A stretch of DNA of 64,000 nt from a virus (Duplodnaviria; Caudoviricetes): positions 141,565 through 205,564 of the IMG/VR virus record IMGVR_UViG_3300012953_000012. One strand, given 5' to 3'. Both the position numbers and the translations under genes were made by a program. Within the stretch, counting starts at the first letter, position 1, and the number at the start of each line of letters is the position of its first letter. The notes beneath the pieces are model-generated. The model saw only the letters and a list, made by a program, of their open reading frames with translations. It ran no database searches and had not been told where the DNA came from. Of this stretch, positions 53,495 to 63,267 are shown piece after piece.

Positions 53495-53983
53495 ATGTCG
53501 CTACCCCTACAAGTCATCGAAGGCATCTTCCTACGAGATGCGGACGGCTACGCCGTCCAGTCCGCCGATGGACGGGTTGGCCTTGACCGTGCGCTCTCGG
53601 AGTTGGAGGGCCACATCATTGAGGCTCACCTCCACCATCTTCCGCCCACCCCTCCGAACCTCTCTCGTCCGGGAGGTGGTTCGTGTTTATGGGGTGAGCA
53701 TTGTCCGCACGGCCACAAGGAACGACCAGCCTGGTTGTTCCGTCAGGAGGTCTCTGGCCCCCTGACCCTCGACGACGACACCTGGTTGGTGGGTGGGGAA
53801 CCCCTACGCCTCGACCTAATGCCGGGCCATCAAGGTCGGCTGGTTGTCCTTGACGAGGAAGCCCTGAAAGACCCCGAGCCGGACGACCTTCAATCCCCAG
53901 ACGACCTCCTTCGTGAAGCCGAAGCGATGGTCCACCTCCTGCAAGGTCTCCAAAAGGCAGTGAAGAATGATCCAGACGTATAG
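53495..53983 (+). CDS. Hypothetical protein
   Basis: Overlaps the RecD2 start. Confidence 0.65.
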   Translation: MSLPLQVIEGIFLRDADGYAVQSADGRVGLDRALSELEGHIIEAHLHHLPPTPPNLSRPGGGSCLWGEHCPHGHKERPAWLFRQEVSGPLTLDDDTWLVGGEPLRLDLMPGHQGRLVVLDEEALKDPEPDDLQSPDDLLREAEAMVHLLQGLQKAVKNDPDV

Positions 53984-56210
53984 CGGGCGCGTGACCTCTG
54001 TTGTCTACCAGTCCGAAGACTTCCGAATCCTCAAGGCCCTCCTTGACGGGGACAACCCTCGCTCCGTGACCGTGCGGGGTCACTTCCCGGCTCAGAACGT
54101 GGAGTTGGGGTCATGGGTGTCCTTTGAGGCGAAGTGGGTGAAGCACTCGCAGTACGGCAAGCAGTTGACTGTGACCCGTAGCCCCGTGAGCGTGAAGACC
54201 TGGACGGACGACCGAGTGCTCTCGGCTCTGTCTGCCAATCAGGTCGGCCCCCAGTTGCGCCTCCAGTTGCAGTTGTACGCGAAGGGTGCCGGACTGACCC
54301 TGGCCGACGCCCTGGATGCAGGGCTTGACGGGATGGACCTGGAGGACTTGACCAAGATCTACGTCGTGGGTCGTTGGAAGGCTCTGCGGACCCACCTGGA
54401 CGCTGCCCAGTTCCTTTCGGACGCTGGCGTACCCCCGAAGGTCATTGGCAAGGTCTGGTCTGTCCTGGGCGAGGACCTGGAGGAGAAGATCACGGAGGAC
54501 CCGTGGATCCTTGTCCGCCTCGGTGGAGTCTCCTTCAAGGAGGCCGACGAGGTAGCCATGCGCCTGGGTGTGGACATCCACAACAAAGGGCGCATGAACG
54601 GAGCGGTCCTCACCGCTGTCCAGGACGTGGCCTCCGAAGGCCACGTCTACGCGGGGACCGGTCAGATCGTGAAGATGGTGGGCAAGATGCTCGCCAACAC
54701 CCCCTCTCCCAAGGCTGTGGCCGAGGCCATCAAGGACCTCGTGGCCAGCAAGCAGTTGAACGTGAACCGCGACTTCGGGGGTGTGTCCGTCTACGAGCCG
54801 TGGGTGGAAGAGATGGAGAGGGCCTGTGCTGACATGCTGCTCCAACGCCACGACAACGCGGCCTCACCACTGACCCAGGAGCACGTCAACGGCGAGTTGG
54901 ACAAGTGGGCGCAGGGCCGTAGGGTCACCCTGACTGACACCCAACGGCTCGCGGCGCTCCGTGCCTTGACGGACCCTATCAGTGTGCTCACCGGGCTTCC
55001 TGGCACGGGCAAGACGACCACGCTCCACGCCATCGTGTCCGTGTTGAACGATGCCAACGTGCCCTTCCTGCTCGTGGCTCCCACAGGCATCGCAGCGAAG
55101 CGGTTGGCGACCGTCACCTACTCGGCTGCCTCGACCGTCCACCGGGCTTTCAGCGCAAAGGGTTGGAGTGACGAGGAGCGGGAGGCCACCTACGTCGGGA
55201 TCACGGGCGCTGCGGAAGCGAAGCGCGGCGTGGACACGAAGGGAGAACAGTGGGGCTACGGCCCTGGCAACCCTCACCCTGCACAGGTCGTGATCGTGGA
55301 CGAGTCCTCGATGCTCGATCTCCACATGCTGTACCGATTGCTCCAGGGCACGTCCGACGAGTGCCGGTTGGTGTTCGTGGGTGACCCCTACCAGTTGCCC
55401 AGCGTTGGAGCGGGCGACGTGCTCCGTGATCTCAGGGACAGTGAGCGTTTTCCGCACACTCACCTTCACGAGATCTTCCGGCAGGACGGCACCTCAAGCA
55501 TTGTCACCGCAGCGCACGCCATCCATGCAGGCAAGGCCCCGGACATGTCTGACCGGGACTTCATGCTGATCGCCACGGACGAGGACGACGATGGGCTGGA
55601 GGCCCGCAGGGTGATCCGCAAGATCTCGACCCGGCTGTTCGACAAGCGCGAGAACTTCCAGGTGCTCTCGCCGCGCCACAAGGGGGAGGCTGGGGTCACG
55701 AACCTCAACGAGATCCTGCGTATGTCCATCAACCCGCCTGGCCCTGGACGTGCCGAGCGGAACCTGGCTGGCGGGGTCGTCCGTGAAGGCGACCGGATCA
55801 TGGTGATCAAGAACGACTACGACCAGGGCGTCTACAACGGCGACGTGGGGAAGGTCCACATGATCGACCACCGCAAGAAGCGGCTGTCGATCCGGGTGTT
55901 CGGGCCGCCTGGGCAGCCGGAACAGGAGGTCACCTACGACCTCACGAAGGGCACACCCCCGATCCGCCTGGCCTACGCACAGACCATCCACAAGAGCCAG
56001 GGTCAGGAGTACGACATCATCGTGGTGCCCATGCTCAAGACCTTCGGCTGGCAGTTGCAGCGCAACCTGCTCTACACCGCCATCACCCGAGCGAAGAAGC
56101 GCGTGTTCATCGTCGGTCACGCTGATGCCGTGATGAGGGCTGTCCGAAATGACCGGGCAGATCAGCGGAACACCCACCTTTCAGACCGGTTGAAGGTCGA
56201 GGGGGGTTGA
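53967..56210 (+). CDS. recD2: RecD2-like SF1B helicase
   Basis: GLPGTGKTT, VIVDESSM, VGDPYQLPSVGAG, IFRQ, AYAQTIHKSQG, LYTAITRAK; N-terminal OB/HhH-like region. Confidence 0.92.
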   Translation: MIQTYSGRVTSVVYQSEDFRILKALLDGDNPRSVTVRGHFPAQNVELGSWVSFEAKWVKHSQYGKQLTVTRSPVSVKTWTDDRVLSALSANQVGPQLRLQLQLYAKGAGLTLADALDAGLDGMDLEDLTKIYVVGRWKALRTHLDAAQFLSDAGVPPKVIGKVWSVLGEDLEEKITEDPWILVRLGGVSFKEADEVAMRLGVDIHNKGRMNGAVLTAVQDVASEGHVYAGTGQIVKMVGKMLANTPSPKAVAEAIKDLVASKQLNVNRDFGGVSVYEPWVEEMERACADMLLQRHDNAASPLTQEHVNGELDKWAQGRRVTLTDTQRLAALRALTDPISVLTGLPGTGKTTTLHAIVSVLNDANVPFLLVAPTGIAAKRLATVTYSAASTVHRAFSAKGWSDEEREATYVGITGAAEAKRGVDTKGEQWGYGPGNPHPAQVVIVDESSMLDLHMLYRLLQGTSDECRLVFVGDPYQLPSVGAGDVLRDLRDSERFPHTHLHEIFRQDGTSSIVTAAHAIHAGKAPDMSDRDFMLIATDEDDDGLEARRVIRKISTRLFDKRENFQVLSPRHKGEAGVTNLNEILRMSINPPGPGRAERNLAGGVVREGDRIMVIKNDYDQGVYNGDVGKVHMIDHRKKRLSIRVFGPPGQPEQEVTYDLTKGTPPIRLAYAQTIHKSQGQEYDIIVVPMLKTFGWQLQRNLLYTAITRAKKRVFIVGHADAVMRAVRNDRADQRNTHLSDRLKVEGG

Positions 56211-56229
56211 TCCCTTTCCTGGTTGGGTA
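56201..56229 (+). promoter_or_regulatory. Middle-class motif GGGGGGTTGATCC-N11-GGGTA
   Basis: Near-identical to the 57571 copy. Confidence 0.6.
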
Positions 56230-56280
56230 AGAGCAGCAACCGCCCCCAGAGGGCCGGACAACATGGACCCGGAGTGAATC

Positions 56281-56718
56281 ATGGCTGACCAAGCCCACCT
56301 CAAGCACATCAAGGACACCGTGGAGCGCGTCAAAGGCAAGATGCGGATCACGAAGGTCGTCGCCACCCGAGCCGTCAAGACGAAGCAGGGTGACTTTTTC
56401 GCTGGCATGTCTGCCGCATGGGACACTGTGCAAGACGACGCTGGCGGGATGGGGGCCGACACCGACATTTCCACGGACACCGCCGACAGCGCAGCCTCTG
56501 GCATGACCCTCGTGGAAGCGCAGGTCGCCCACATCCTTCTCTCCATGGAGGCGAGCATCGGGGCTCACCGTGCCGCACTGTCGGACGGGGCCATCAGCGA
56601 GTCTCGCTTTGACGACAAGGTCAAGCACCTCAAGCGCAACGCGCTCGCCCACCTGTCCCGCATCCTTCCGAAGCCGGAAGCGCAGGCCATGGTGGATTCC
56701 GCAGCACAGGTCGCGTAG
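56281..56718 (+). CDS. Hypothetical protein
   Basis: GGAG RBS. Confidence 0.7.
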   Translation: MADQAHLKHIKDTVERVKGKMRITKVVATRAVKTKQGDFFAGMSAAWDTVQDDAGGMGADTDISTDTADSAASGMTLVEAQVAHILLSMEASIGAHRAALSDGAISESRFDDKVKHLKRNALAHLSRILPKPEAQAMVDSAAQVA

Positions 56719-56726
56719 GAGGAGCC

Positions 56727-57560
56727 ATGACGCAACCTACCCACACCCTCCCCGAGATCACCGCGAACGTGGTCGAGTCGGTGTTCCGCCGACTCTCCAC
56801 TATGGAGGTCGAACTCGACGCGGACCCCTTGAAGTATGGGCCGAAGCGGCTCAACGGCAAGGTGGCCGAAGCGCGGGGGATGCTTACCGAGTGTGAAAGC
56901 ATCTTCCTCGACGTCTCGCTCTGGCTCCAGAAGTACCGTGCGGCCCACCGCACGCTGGAAACAGAGATGGACCTGGCGAAGAAGCACCTCTACGCCAACG
57001 ATCCTGAGGTTCGGGCAGGCCGGAACGTGGCCGACCGTGATGCTCTCGCGACCATGAAGTTGCGGGATCAGGCACGCGCTCTCTCGGCTGTGGCCCAGTC
57101 CCAGTCGGACCTGGAGGCCATGCTCACCGTCGTGAAGGCGAAGCGGGCAGACCTCAAGGACGTGCAAGGCCGCCTGCGGGACCAGATGAAGTTGTGCCAC
57201 GAGGAGATCAGCCTCGGCGGTCGTTGGGGCAGCAAGCCTGCTCCTGGCACGAAGGCACCTGACCTCGACGAAGCACCCAACGTGGACAAGAAGACCCTCA
57301 AGGATCTGCATGAAATGTTCACGGGCGACCGGGCGTCGGAGACTGACCTTGCGGCCCACGCACCTCCCGTGGAGGGGCCGGAAACCACCCCGGACTCGGA
57401 GCCCGTAGAGGCCGTCGAGGATCACAGTGATCCACCCTCCCAGGAGACCAACGGCATGGTGGATGACGAGGCTGACGAGTTCCTCTCAGCCATCGAAACA
57501 CCCGCTACTGGGAAGGATCTCAAGAATCTGGACGACCTTCTGGACGATCTGGACCTCTAA
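56727..57560 (+). CDS. Coiled-coil protein with acidic tail (possible recombination mediator)
   Basis: AGGAGGAG RBS; located in the recombination cluster; function inferred only. Confidence 0.55.
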   Translation: MTQPTHTLPEITANVVESVFRRLSTMEVELDADPLKYGPKRLNGKVAEARGMLTECESIFLDVSLWLQKYRAAHRTLETEMDLAKKHLYANDPEVRAGRNVADRDALATMKLRDQARALSAVAQSQSDLEAMLTVVKAKRADLKDVQGRLRDQMKLCHEEISLGGRWGSKPAPGTKAPDLDEAPNVDKKTLKDLHEMFTGDRASETDLAAHAPPVEGPETTPDSEPVEAVEDHSDPPSQETNGMVDDEADEFLSAIETPATGKDLKNLDDLLDDLDL

Positions 57561-57570
57561 TCCAGCAGCA

Positions 57571-57599
57571 GGGGGGTTGATCCTCCTGCGTGTTGGGTA
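57571..57599 (+). promoter_or_regulatory. Middle-class motif GGGGGGTTGATCC-N11-GGGTA
   Basis: Upstream of 57675. Confidence 0.6.
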
Positions 57600-57674
57600 C
57601 AACCCATTGGGCGCACCAAACATCAACGCTTCATAAGCACATGAACTTTCAACCCGCGCCCTGGAGACAACATC

Positions 57675-58403
57675 ATGACTGATGGATTCATCGACTTTTC
57701 ATTCGGTTCCGGCGACGACGCTCTCAAGAAGAAGTCCAGCCGCTACAAGCCTGAGACTGGGGTCACCGACCGCGTCTCCTTCGTCTGGTTCCAGGACTAC
57801 GACGGAGAGGGGATGCCCACTGAGGGTTCCCAGCCGAAGTTCGCTGGCTGCGAGCGCACCAAGTACGACAGCCGCGTTGGCGTCGTCCTGCTCACCCCGG
57901 ACAACCGGGACGAGATCCTGCGGATCCTCCGCACCGACCCCCAGCACCGCGTTGCGTCGGTGATCTGCGTCTGGCCGACCGACAAGGACGGCGAGTTGGA
58001 CAAGTCCTCCTTCAAGGCGGGCAAGGGTTGGAAGGTCCAGCCCTGGGTTTTCGACCCCGGCAAGTACAACCAGATCAAGAACGTGAACAAGCGGTTCCCG
58101 CTCACTGGTCACGACCTGTCCATGACCTGCACGGACGGCACCTTCCACAAGATGACCTTCACCCCCGAGGGTGAGTCTCTTCTGGACAAGTACCTCAATG
58201 CCAAGAACGAAGACCTCCGCGCTGTCGGCGCGAAGATCATCGCTGAGGCCCGCCGGGTTTCCGATGGCATCTACCGTGACCTGGCTCGCTCCATGACCCC
58301 CGACGAGGTCCGCGAGGCCATCGGTGAGGAAGTCGCCCCCTCCGGTGGCGGTGGTTCCCACACTGACGCGAACGTGGACAACCTGCTCGACGACGTGTTG
58401 TAG
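57675..58403 (+). CDS. Putative single-stranded DNA-binding protein
   Basis: High-expression codon bias, aromatic-rich beta core, acidic C-tail, adjacent to ruvC and recA; inference. Confidence 0.5.
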   Translation: MTDGFIDFSFGSGDDALKKKSSRYKPETGVTDRVSFVWFQDYDGEGMPTEGSQPKFAGCERTKYDSRVGVVLLTPDNRDEILRILRTDPQHRVASVICVWPTDKDGELDKSSFKAGKGWKVQPWVFDPGKYNQIKNVNKRFPLTGHDLSMTCTDGTFHKMTFTPEGESLLDKYLNAKNEDLRAVGAKIIAEARRVSDGIYRDLARSMTPDEVREAIGEEVAPSGGGGSHTDANVDNLLDDVL

Positions 58404-58404
58404 G

Positions 58405-59097
58405 GTGAAGGTACTCGGTCTCGACCCGTCACTGACGAACTACGGTTGGGCCGTACACGAAACAAGCGCCCCTGTCGGCACGCCAGAACGGCTTGTCGCA
58501 CGGGGGCGTTTTCGTACTTCGTCCAAGATGGAGTTCATCGAGCGGTACAAGTCACAGCGGGAGTCCCTGCGTGCCGTGATCCGCGAGTACCGCCCCGACC
58601 GGGTGGGTGTTGAGTTCCCCGTCTTCGGTTCGATGTACAGCGAGGGCATGTACGGCCTGTTCCTGTACTCCTGCGAAGCCCTCCGTGCCGAGTGCATGGA
58701 TGTGGTCTTCTGGTCCCCCCTGCAAGCCAAAGCCCATGCTCGCGACACCCTCGACCGCCCGAAAGGTTGGAAGATGGACAAGGTGGACATGTGCGAGGCC
58801 GCGAAGCAGGACGTGGGTGGCGGGCGCAACTGGAATCACAACGAGGCAGATGCCTACCTGGTCGCGGTCCTGGCGGGCCGTTTCTGGGACTTCTACGACG
58901 AGACGCTGGAGGAAGGGGGGTTGACCCCGACCGAAAGTCGGTACTTCACAAAGGTCCACACCTACGTCCGAGGGGCGAAGGCTGGCAAGACAATCAAGAA
59001 GGGAGTGATCTACCGAGAGTCGGATCGCTTCTTCATGTGGTCCCGACTGCGGGGCGAGGAGATCAACGATGGCACGAAAGACAAAGAAGAAAAGTGA
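58405..59097 (+). CDS. ruvC: RuvC-like Holliday junction resolvase
   Basis: VLGLDPSLTNYG, VGVE, NEADAY. Confidence 0.85.
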   Translation: MKVLGLDPSLTNYGWAVHETSAPVGTPERLVARGRFRTSSKMEFIERYKSQRESLRAVIREYRPDRVGVEFPVFGSMYSEGMYGLFLYSCEALRAECMDVVFWSPLQAKAHARDTLDRPKGWKMDKVDMCEAAKQDVGGGRNWNHNEADAYLVAVLAGRFWDFYDETLEEGGLTPTESRYFTKVHTYVRGAKAGKTIKKGVIYRESDRFFMWSRLRGEEINDGTKDKEEK

Positions 59098-60292
59098 TGC
59101 GGGAGGCAGCGCGTCCCTTGCGGGAGCGGCCAGTCCGTTGTCTGCGGTCACGGCTTACCTGACCGAGAAGAAGGGTAAGGAGTTCACCGGCATCGTGGTG
59201 GCGATGGACGACAGCACGGTCCAGGAGTCCCTGCCTCACATCAGCAGTGGCAGCATCGTCATCGACTACCTGATCGGCGGCGAGCAGAACCAGTTCGGGG
59301 TCTCCCCCTGTCCGGGCTTCCCCCGAGGCCGGGTCACCCAGGTCTGGGGTCACGAGTCCGCTGGCAAGACCACCCTGTGCCTGGAGGCTGTGGCTCAGTG
59401 CTGCGCTGACGGTGGCACTGCGGTCTTCATTGACTGGGAGAACGACATCGTTCCCGACTACGCGGCAGCGTTGGGCGTCCCCATCACTGACCCCAACAAG
59501 TTCATGCTCCTTCAGCCAGACACGTTGGAGGACGGGATCAAGTACGCGATGGCTTACGCCACGGCTGGCGTGGACCTGATCATCTTCGACTCCGTGGGTG
59601 CTGCTGTGACCCGGCGCATCGCCGAGCGTGATGCTCTCGACGTGGCCGAGCAGTCGAAGGTCGCAGAACTCCAGTCTGTGTGGTCCCAAGAGTTGCCCAA
59701 CATCAAGGGCACCATCGCTCGCAGCGGCACCGCTGTGGTCGGGATCAGCCAGATCCGAGCCAACATGAACACCGGCCCCGGTGCGAAGACGAAGCCTCAG
59801 GGAGGCAACGCCTGGAAGTTTTACGCCGCCGTCCGCCTGGAGTTGCGCCGCGTCCAGAACGAAAAGGCCCGTGAGTACAACGACTTGACCCACAAGACCG
59901 ACGAGCGCGTGATCGGTGGGATCATCAAGGCGAAGACGGTCAAGTGCAAGGTCTCCCGGTCCCAGGGCCGTGAGGAGATCTTCTACATCCGCTGGGGTGA
60001 GGGCATCGACAACGTGCGGACGGTCATTGAGATCGCGAAGTCCCACGGCATCATCAAGGGATCCTCCTGGTTGACCTGGGCTGACGCACCCGGAGGCCCG
60101 CTCAAGTTGCAGGGTTCCGAGAAGTTGCGGAAGCACATGCTCGCCAACCCCGATCACTTTGAGGCATTGAAGGCGAAGGTCATGCCGTTCCTCGGATCTG
60201 GTGGCGCTGATACCTTCACCGACGAGGAGGTCATCGATCCAGAGATGTCCGCATTGGACGCTCAGATGGCAGCAGCAGGGATCGACCTGTAG
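59069..60292 (+). CDS. recA: RecA recombinase
   Basis: SSGSIVID, GHESAGKTT, IIFDSV, ISQIR, GGNAWKFYAAVRL. Confidence 0.93.
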   Translation: MARKTKKKSDAGGSASLAGAASPLSAVTAYLTEKKGKEFTGIVVAMDDSTVQESLPHISSGSIVIDYLIGGEQNQFGVSPCPGFPRGRVTQVWGHESAGKTTLCLEAVAQCCADGGTAVFIDWENDIVPDYAAALGVPITDPNKFMLLQPDTLEDGIKYAMAYATAGVDLIIFDSVGAAVTRRIAERDALDVAEQSKVAELQSVWSQELPNIKGTIARSGTAVVGISQIRANMNTGPGAKTKPQGGNAWKFYAAVRLELRRVQNEKAREYNDLTHKTDERVIGGIIKAKTVKCKVSRSQGREEIFYIRWGEGIDNVRTVIEIAKSHGIIKGSSWLTWADAPGGPLKLQGSEKLRKHMLANPDHFEALKAKVMPFLGSGGADTFTDEEVIDPEMSALDAQMAAAGIDL

Positions 60293-60322
60293 GGGTTTGG
60301 GTAAGACCCCACAGGAGGCCAC

Positions 60323-61414
60323 ATGGCTGTTCAAGTCCGAGTCCGAAACTTCCAGAGCATCGAGGATGCGTCCGTCACCATCGACGGACTCACCGTGGTG
60401 ACTGGAGCCAATCACAGTGGCAAGACTGCGTTCATGCGGGCCATCCGAGGGGTGTTCACCAACGCCCCTCCAGGCCCGCTCGTGCGCCACGGCTGCGCCC
60501 ACCTGTCGGTGGCCCTCACCTTCGACGACGGCACCTCCGTGCTGTGGGAGAAGGGCTGGGAGAAGCCGGGCCGCAAAGGGAAGACGGTCAACCGCTACAC
60601 GGTCAACGGGAAGCAGATCGCTACCGTTGGTCGCGGTGTTCCTCCCGAGGTTGAGGAGTTGGGCGTGCGCGAGATCAGTGCTGCATCCGACCGGGTGTGG
60701 CCCCAGATCGCCCAGCAGTTTGACGGCACCTTGTTCCTGGTCAACAGGCCGGGTTCCGCTATCGCAGAGGCACTGTCCGATGTGAAGCGGGTCGGTGCTC
60801 TCTCGGCGGCCTTGAAGGCTTCCGAAAAGGATCGCAGGGCGACCAATGCTGAGTTGAAGATCCGCCGCAAGGACATCGAGGTCAACAAAGTCTCCGTTGA
60901 AAGGTTCGACGGCCTTGATTCGGTATCCGGCCAGGTTCAACTCCTCGGAGAGGGGCTGACCGCTGTAGAGGCGTTGGCTTCGGAGATGGTTGGGGCCACG
61001 AACCTCCGAGACCGCCACGCCGCCGCAACCCAAGACGCAGAAGCCCTCGGCGGCTTTGACCCTGCGACGATCCCGGACACAAAGGCGGTCAAGATTCAGC
61101 AGGGCATCGTGAAGGTCCGAGGGTACGCCGACCGTCTCCGCAAGGCCCGTGCTGTCCGGGATCGGCTCCAGGGTTTTGGGGAGATCACCCTCCCCGACCC
61201 CATCAAGGTCAGAGGGCTCCAGTTGAGGCGGGATGCTTTGGAGGCGATGAAGAAGCGTCTGGCCGCCGGGCGGCGGGAGATTGCTTTCCAGCAGGATGCC
61301 CTCAACGAATCGACCGCTGCCCTGGCAGAAGCCGAGGCCGAGGTTCAACGGCTTCTGGGCGAACGCGGCATCTGCCCCACCTGCAACACCATCCACGAGG
61401 GAGCACACCCATGA
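60323..61414 (+). CDS. sbcC: SbcC/Rad50-like protein, N-terminal half ending at the zinc hook
   Basis: RNFQSI, GANHSGKT, Q-loop AQQFD, coiled coil, terminal CPTC; no signature or Walker B motif. Confidence 0.8.
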   Translation: MAVQVRVRNFQSIEDASVTIDGLTVVTGANHSGKTAFMRAIRGVFTNAPPGPLVRHGCAHLSVALTFDDGTSVLWEKGWEKPGRKGKTVNRYTVNGKQIATVGRGVPPEVEELGVREISAASDRVWPQIAQQFDGTLFLVNRPGSAIAEALSDVKRVGALSAALKASEKDRRATNAELKIRRKDIEVNKVSVERFDGLDSVSGQVQLLGEGLTAVEALASEMVGATNLRDRHAAATQDAEALGGFDPATIPDTKAVKIQQGIVKVRGYADRLRKARAVRDRLQGFGEITLPDPIKVRGLQLRRDALEAMKKRLAAGRREIAFQQDALNESTAALAEAEAEVQRLLGERGICPTCNTIHEGAHP

Positions 61415-61848
61415 GTCAGAACAGTCTGTTTGCCTACCATGAGTCCGAGCGGACCACGGGGGAGAAGCGTCGAATCGCTGTGTACCACTACATGCTCACC
61501 CAGGGGGACGAGGGGGCCACCGACGACGAGATGATCAACACGCTGGGGATCAAGCACGCAAGCATGGCAGGCACCCGCCTCCAGTTGATGCGCCTGGGCG
61601 CGGTGGTCAAGACCACGAAGCGCCGGAAGACGGCAGCAGGCAATCCTGCCGACGTCTACGCCGCCGTCCCTGGCTTCAACGTCCGCAAGGCTCCCCCGAA
61701 GACCGAGCGGGATCACATGCTCACCGCAGCCCGGAAGAAGATCAAGGAAATGTCTGACGACGAGTTGCGTGCGTTCCTGGCCGAGGGGTCCGACGAACAT
61801 GAGGAGGTCGGAGACCTGCTTGATTTCTACTCGGAGTTCCGGGAGTAG
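61411..61848 (+). CDS. Winged-helix protein (paralog 1)
   Basis: GATDDEM...RLQLMRLGAV...RRKTAAG. Confidence 0.7.
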   Translation: MSQNSLFAYHESERTTGEKRRIAVYHYMLTQGDEGATDDEMINTLGIKHASMAGTRLQLMRLGAVVKTTKRRKTAAGNPADVYAAVPGFNVRKAPPKTERDHMLTAARKKIKEMSDDELRAFLAEGSDEHEEVGDLLDFYSEFRE

Positions 61849-61875
61849 GGGGTCGTGATCCCACCCCAGCCGGTA
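61848..61875 (+). promoter_or_regulatory. Middle-class motif GGGGG-N18-CGGTA
   Basis: Upstream of 61905. Confidence 0.45.
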
Positions 61876-61904
61876 ACTCAAGGGGTACTTCAGCAGGAGA
61901 TGAC

Positions 61905-62306
61905 ATGCCTTCCAATCGAGTCCGCCTCTACCACTACTTCCTCACCCAGGGGAAGACCGGCTCTACCGACGAGGAGGCCGAGGACGCTCTCGACCTCCCT
62001 CACCAGACGGTGAGTGCTGTGCGGGGTGAACTGGTCAAGGCGGGAGCCGTGGTGGGCACGGACCTGTGCCGTTGGACGCGCAGCGGCAAGAAGGCCACCG
62101 TGCGGGTCGGGGTTCCCGACGTGGACGTGTCCCGTCGTCTGCCTACAACCGTGGTCGAGGAGAAGCAGCGGTGGATCCGTGCCCAGATCCGCAACGTGAA
62201 CGAGTCCGTCCTGGACGACATCATCGACACGATCCAGGAGGCACAGAAGCCGCCTGGTCACACCGAGCAGTTGACCATCATGGACCTGTTTGGCGAACAG
62301 GCGTGA
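61905..62306 (+). CDS. Winged-helix protein (paralog 2)
   Basis: GSTDEEA...RGELVKAGAV...RWTRSG. Confidence 0.7.
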   Translation: MPSNRVRLYHYFLTQGKTGSTDEEAEDALDLPHQTVSAVRGELVKAGAVVGTDLCRWTRSGKKATVRVGVPDVDVSRRLPTTVVEEKQRWIRAQIRNVNESVLDDIIDTIQEAQKPPGHTEQLTIMDLFGEQA

Positions 62307-62313
62307 GCGAAGC

Positions 62314-63267
62314 ATGGACTGGTTCGATGCCCTGACCGACGACACCCCTACCTACGCTCCCTTCACTGTGGCCCCCTTCTCTCTGGTGGATGCCAGGAAA
62401 GGGCCGTGGAAGGCGCGGAAGAAGTGGTGGTTGGCCAAAGGAATCCGAGGGGAGTTGGGTCGTGACACGGCTCTCCTTCCCGGCACATCCACGATTGGGC
62501 CTGCCACTGTCTACGGAGTGTCGGCTGGGAGTGGGGAGCGTGGTGAGTACACCACGTCCGTGTTTGACCCGGTGCTGTGCGAGGTCCTGTACAACTGGTT
62601 TTGCCCTCCAGGAGGCCATGTCCTCGACCCCTTCGCGGGGGGTGCTGTGCGAGGTGTGGTGGCTTCTGTCACCGGGCGTACCTACACAGGCGTGGACCTC
62701 AGTCAGAGGCAGGTCGTGTCCAACCGGAACCTGGCGGCCAGCCTCGATACGCCGGGGGTTCGCTGGGAGGTTGGAGACTCGTCGGAGGTCCAGTCCCTGG
62801 TGGACGGCCCCTTCGACTTCCTCTTTTCCTGTCCGCCCTACTGGAACCTGGAGAAATACTCGGATGACCCCAGGGACCTTTCGACGCTGACCTACGAGGG
62901 GTTCCTCGACAAGTACCGGAAGATCATCAGCGCGTCTGCTGCCCTTCTCGACGATGACGCTTTCGCTTGCTTCGTTGTGGGGGATGTTCGGGAGCGGGGC
63001 TCCAACGGGGCCTACGTCGGCTTCGTTGCCGACACCATCAAAGCCTTTCAAGAGGCGGGCCTTCCCCTCTACAACGACATCCTCTACGTCTACCCGGACG
63101 GGAGCCTGCCTATGAGGGCGGGTCGGAGTCTGCGTGCTACGCGCAAGATCTCCAAGACGCACCAGAACGTGCTGGTGTTTTTGAAGGGTGACGCCAGGAG
63201 AGCGACAGCCCGGATGGGGGTCACCGTTCCCATCCGTCCCGGTATTACAGGGGAGGAGGCACCATGA
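62314..63267 (+). CDS. Amino (N6/N4) DNA methyltransferase, motif I before motif IV
   Basis: VLDPFAGGAVRG, YTGVDL, FSCPPY, KISKTHQNVLVF. Confidence 0.85.
   Translation: MDWFDALTDDTPTYAPFTVAPFSLVDARKGPWKARKKWWLAKGIRGELGRDTALLPGTSTIGPATVYGVSAGSGERGEYTTSVFDPVLCEVLYNWFCPPGGHVLDPFAGGAVRGVVASVTGRTYTGVDLSQRQVVSNRNLAASLDTPGVRWEVGDSSEVQSLVDGPFDFLFSCPPYWNLEKYSDDPRDLSTLTYEGFLDKYRKIISASAALLDDDAFACFVVGDVRERGSNGAYVGFVADTIKAFQEAGLPLYNDILYVYPDGSLPMRAGRSLRATRKISKTHQNVLVFLKGDARRATARMGVTVPIRPGITGEEAP

Noticed and set aside
40466-60292. Inteins or group I introns in nrdJ, recD2 or recA; HNH genes as intron-encoded
   Set aside because: Protein lengths and motif spacing are normal, with no intein-like insertions; the HNH ORFs are free-standing.
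59063-61408. Long antisense ORFs (also 27355-29094, 15525-16904, 40427-41821, 24065-25300, 23103-24113)
   Set aside because: Shadow frames of well-supported genes caused by GC3 bias; no RBS or family motifs.
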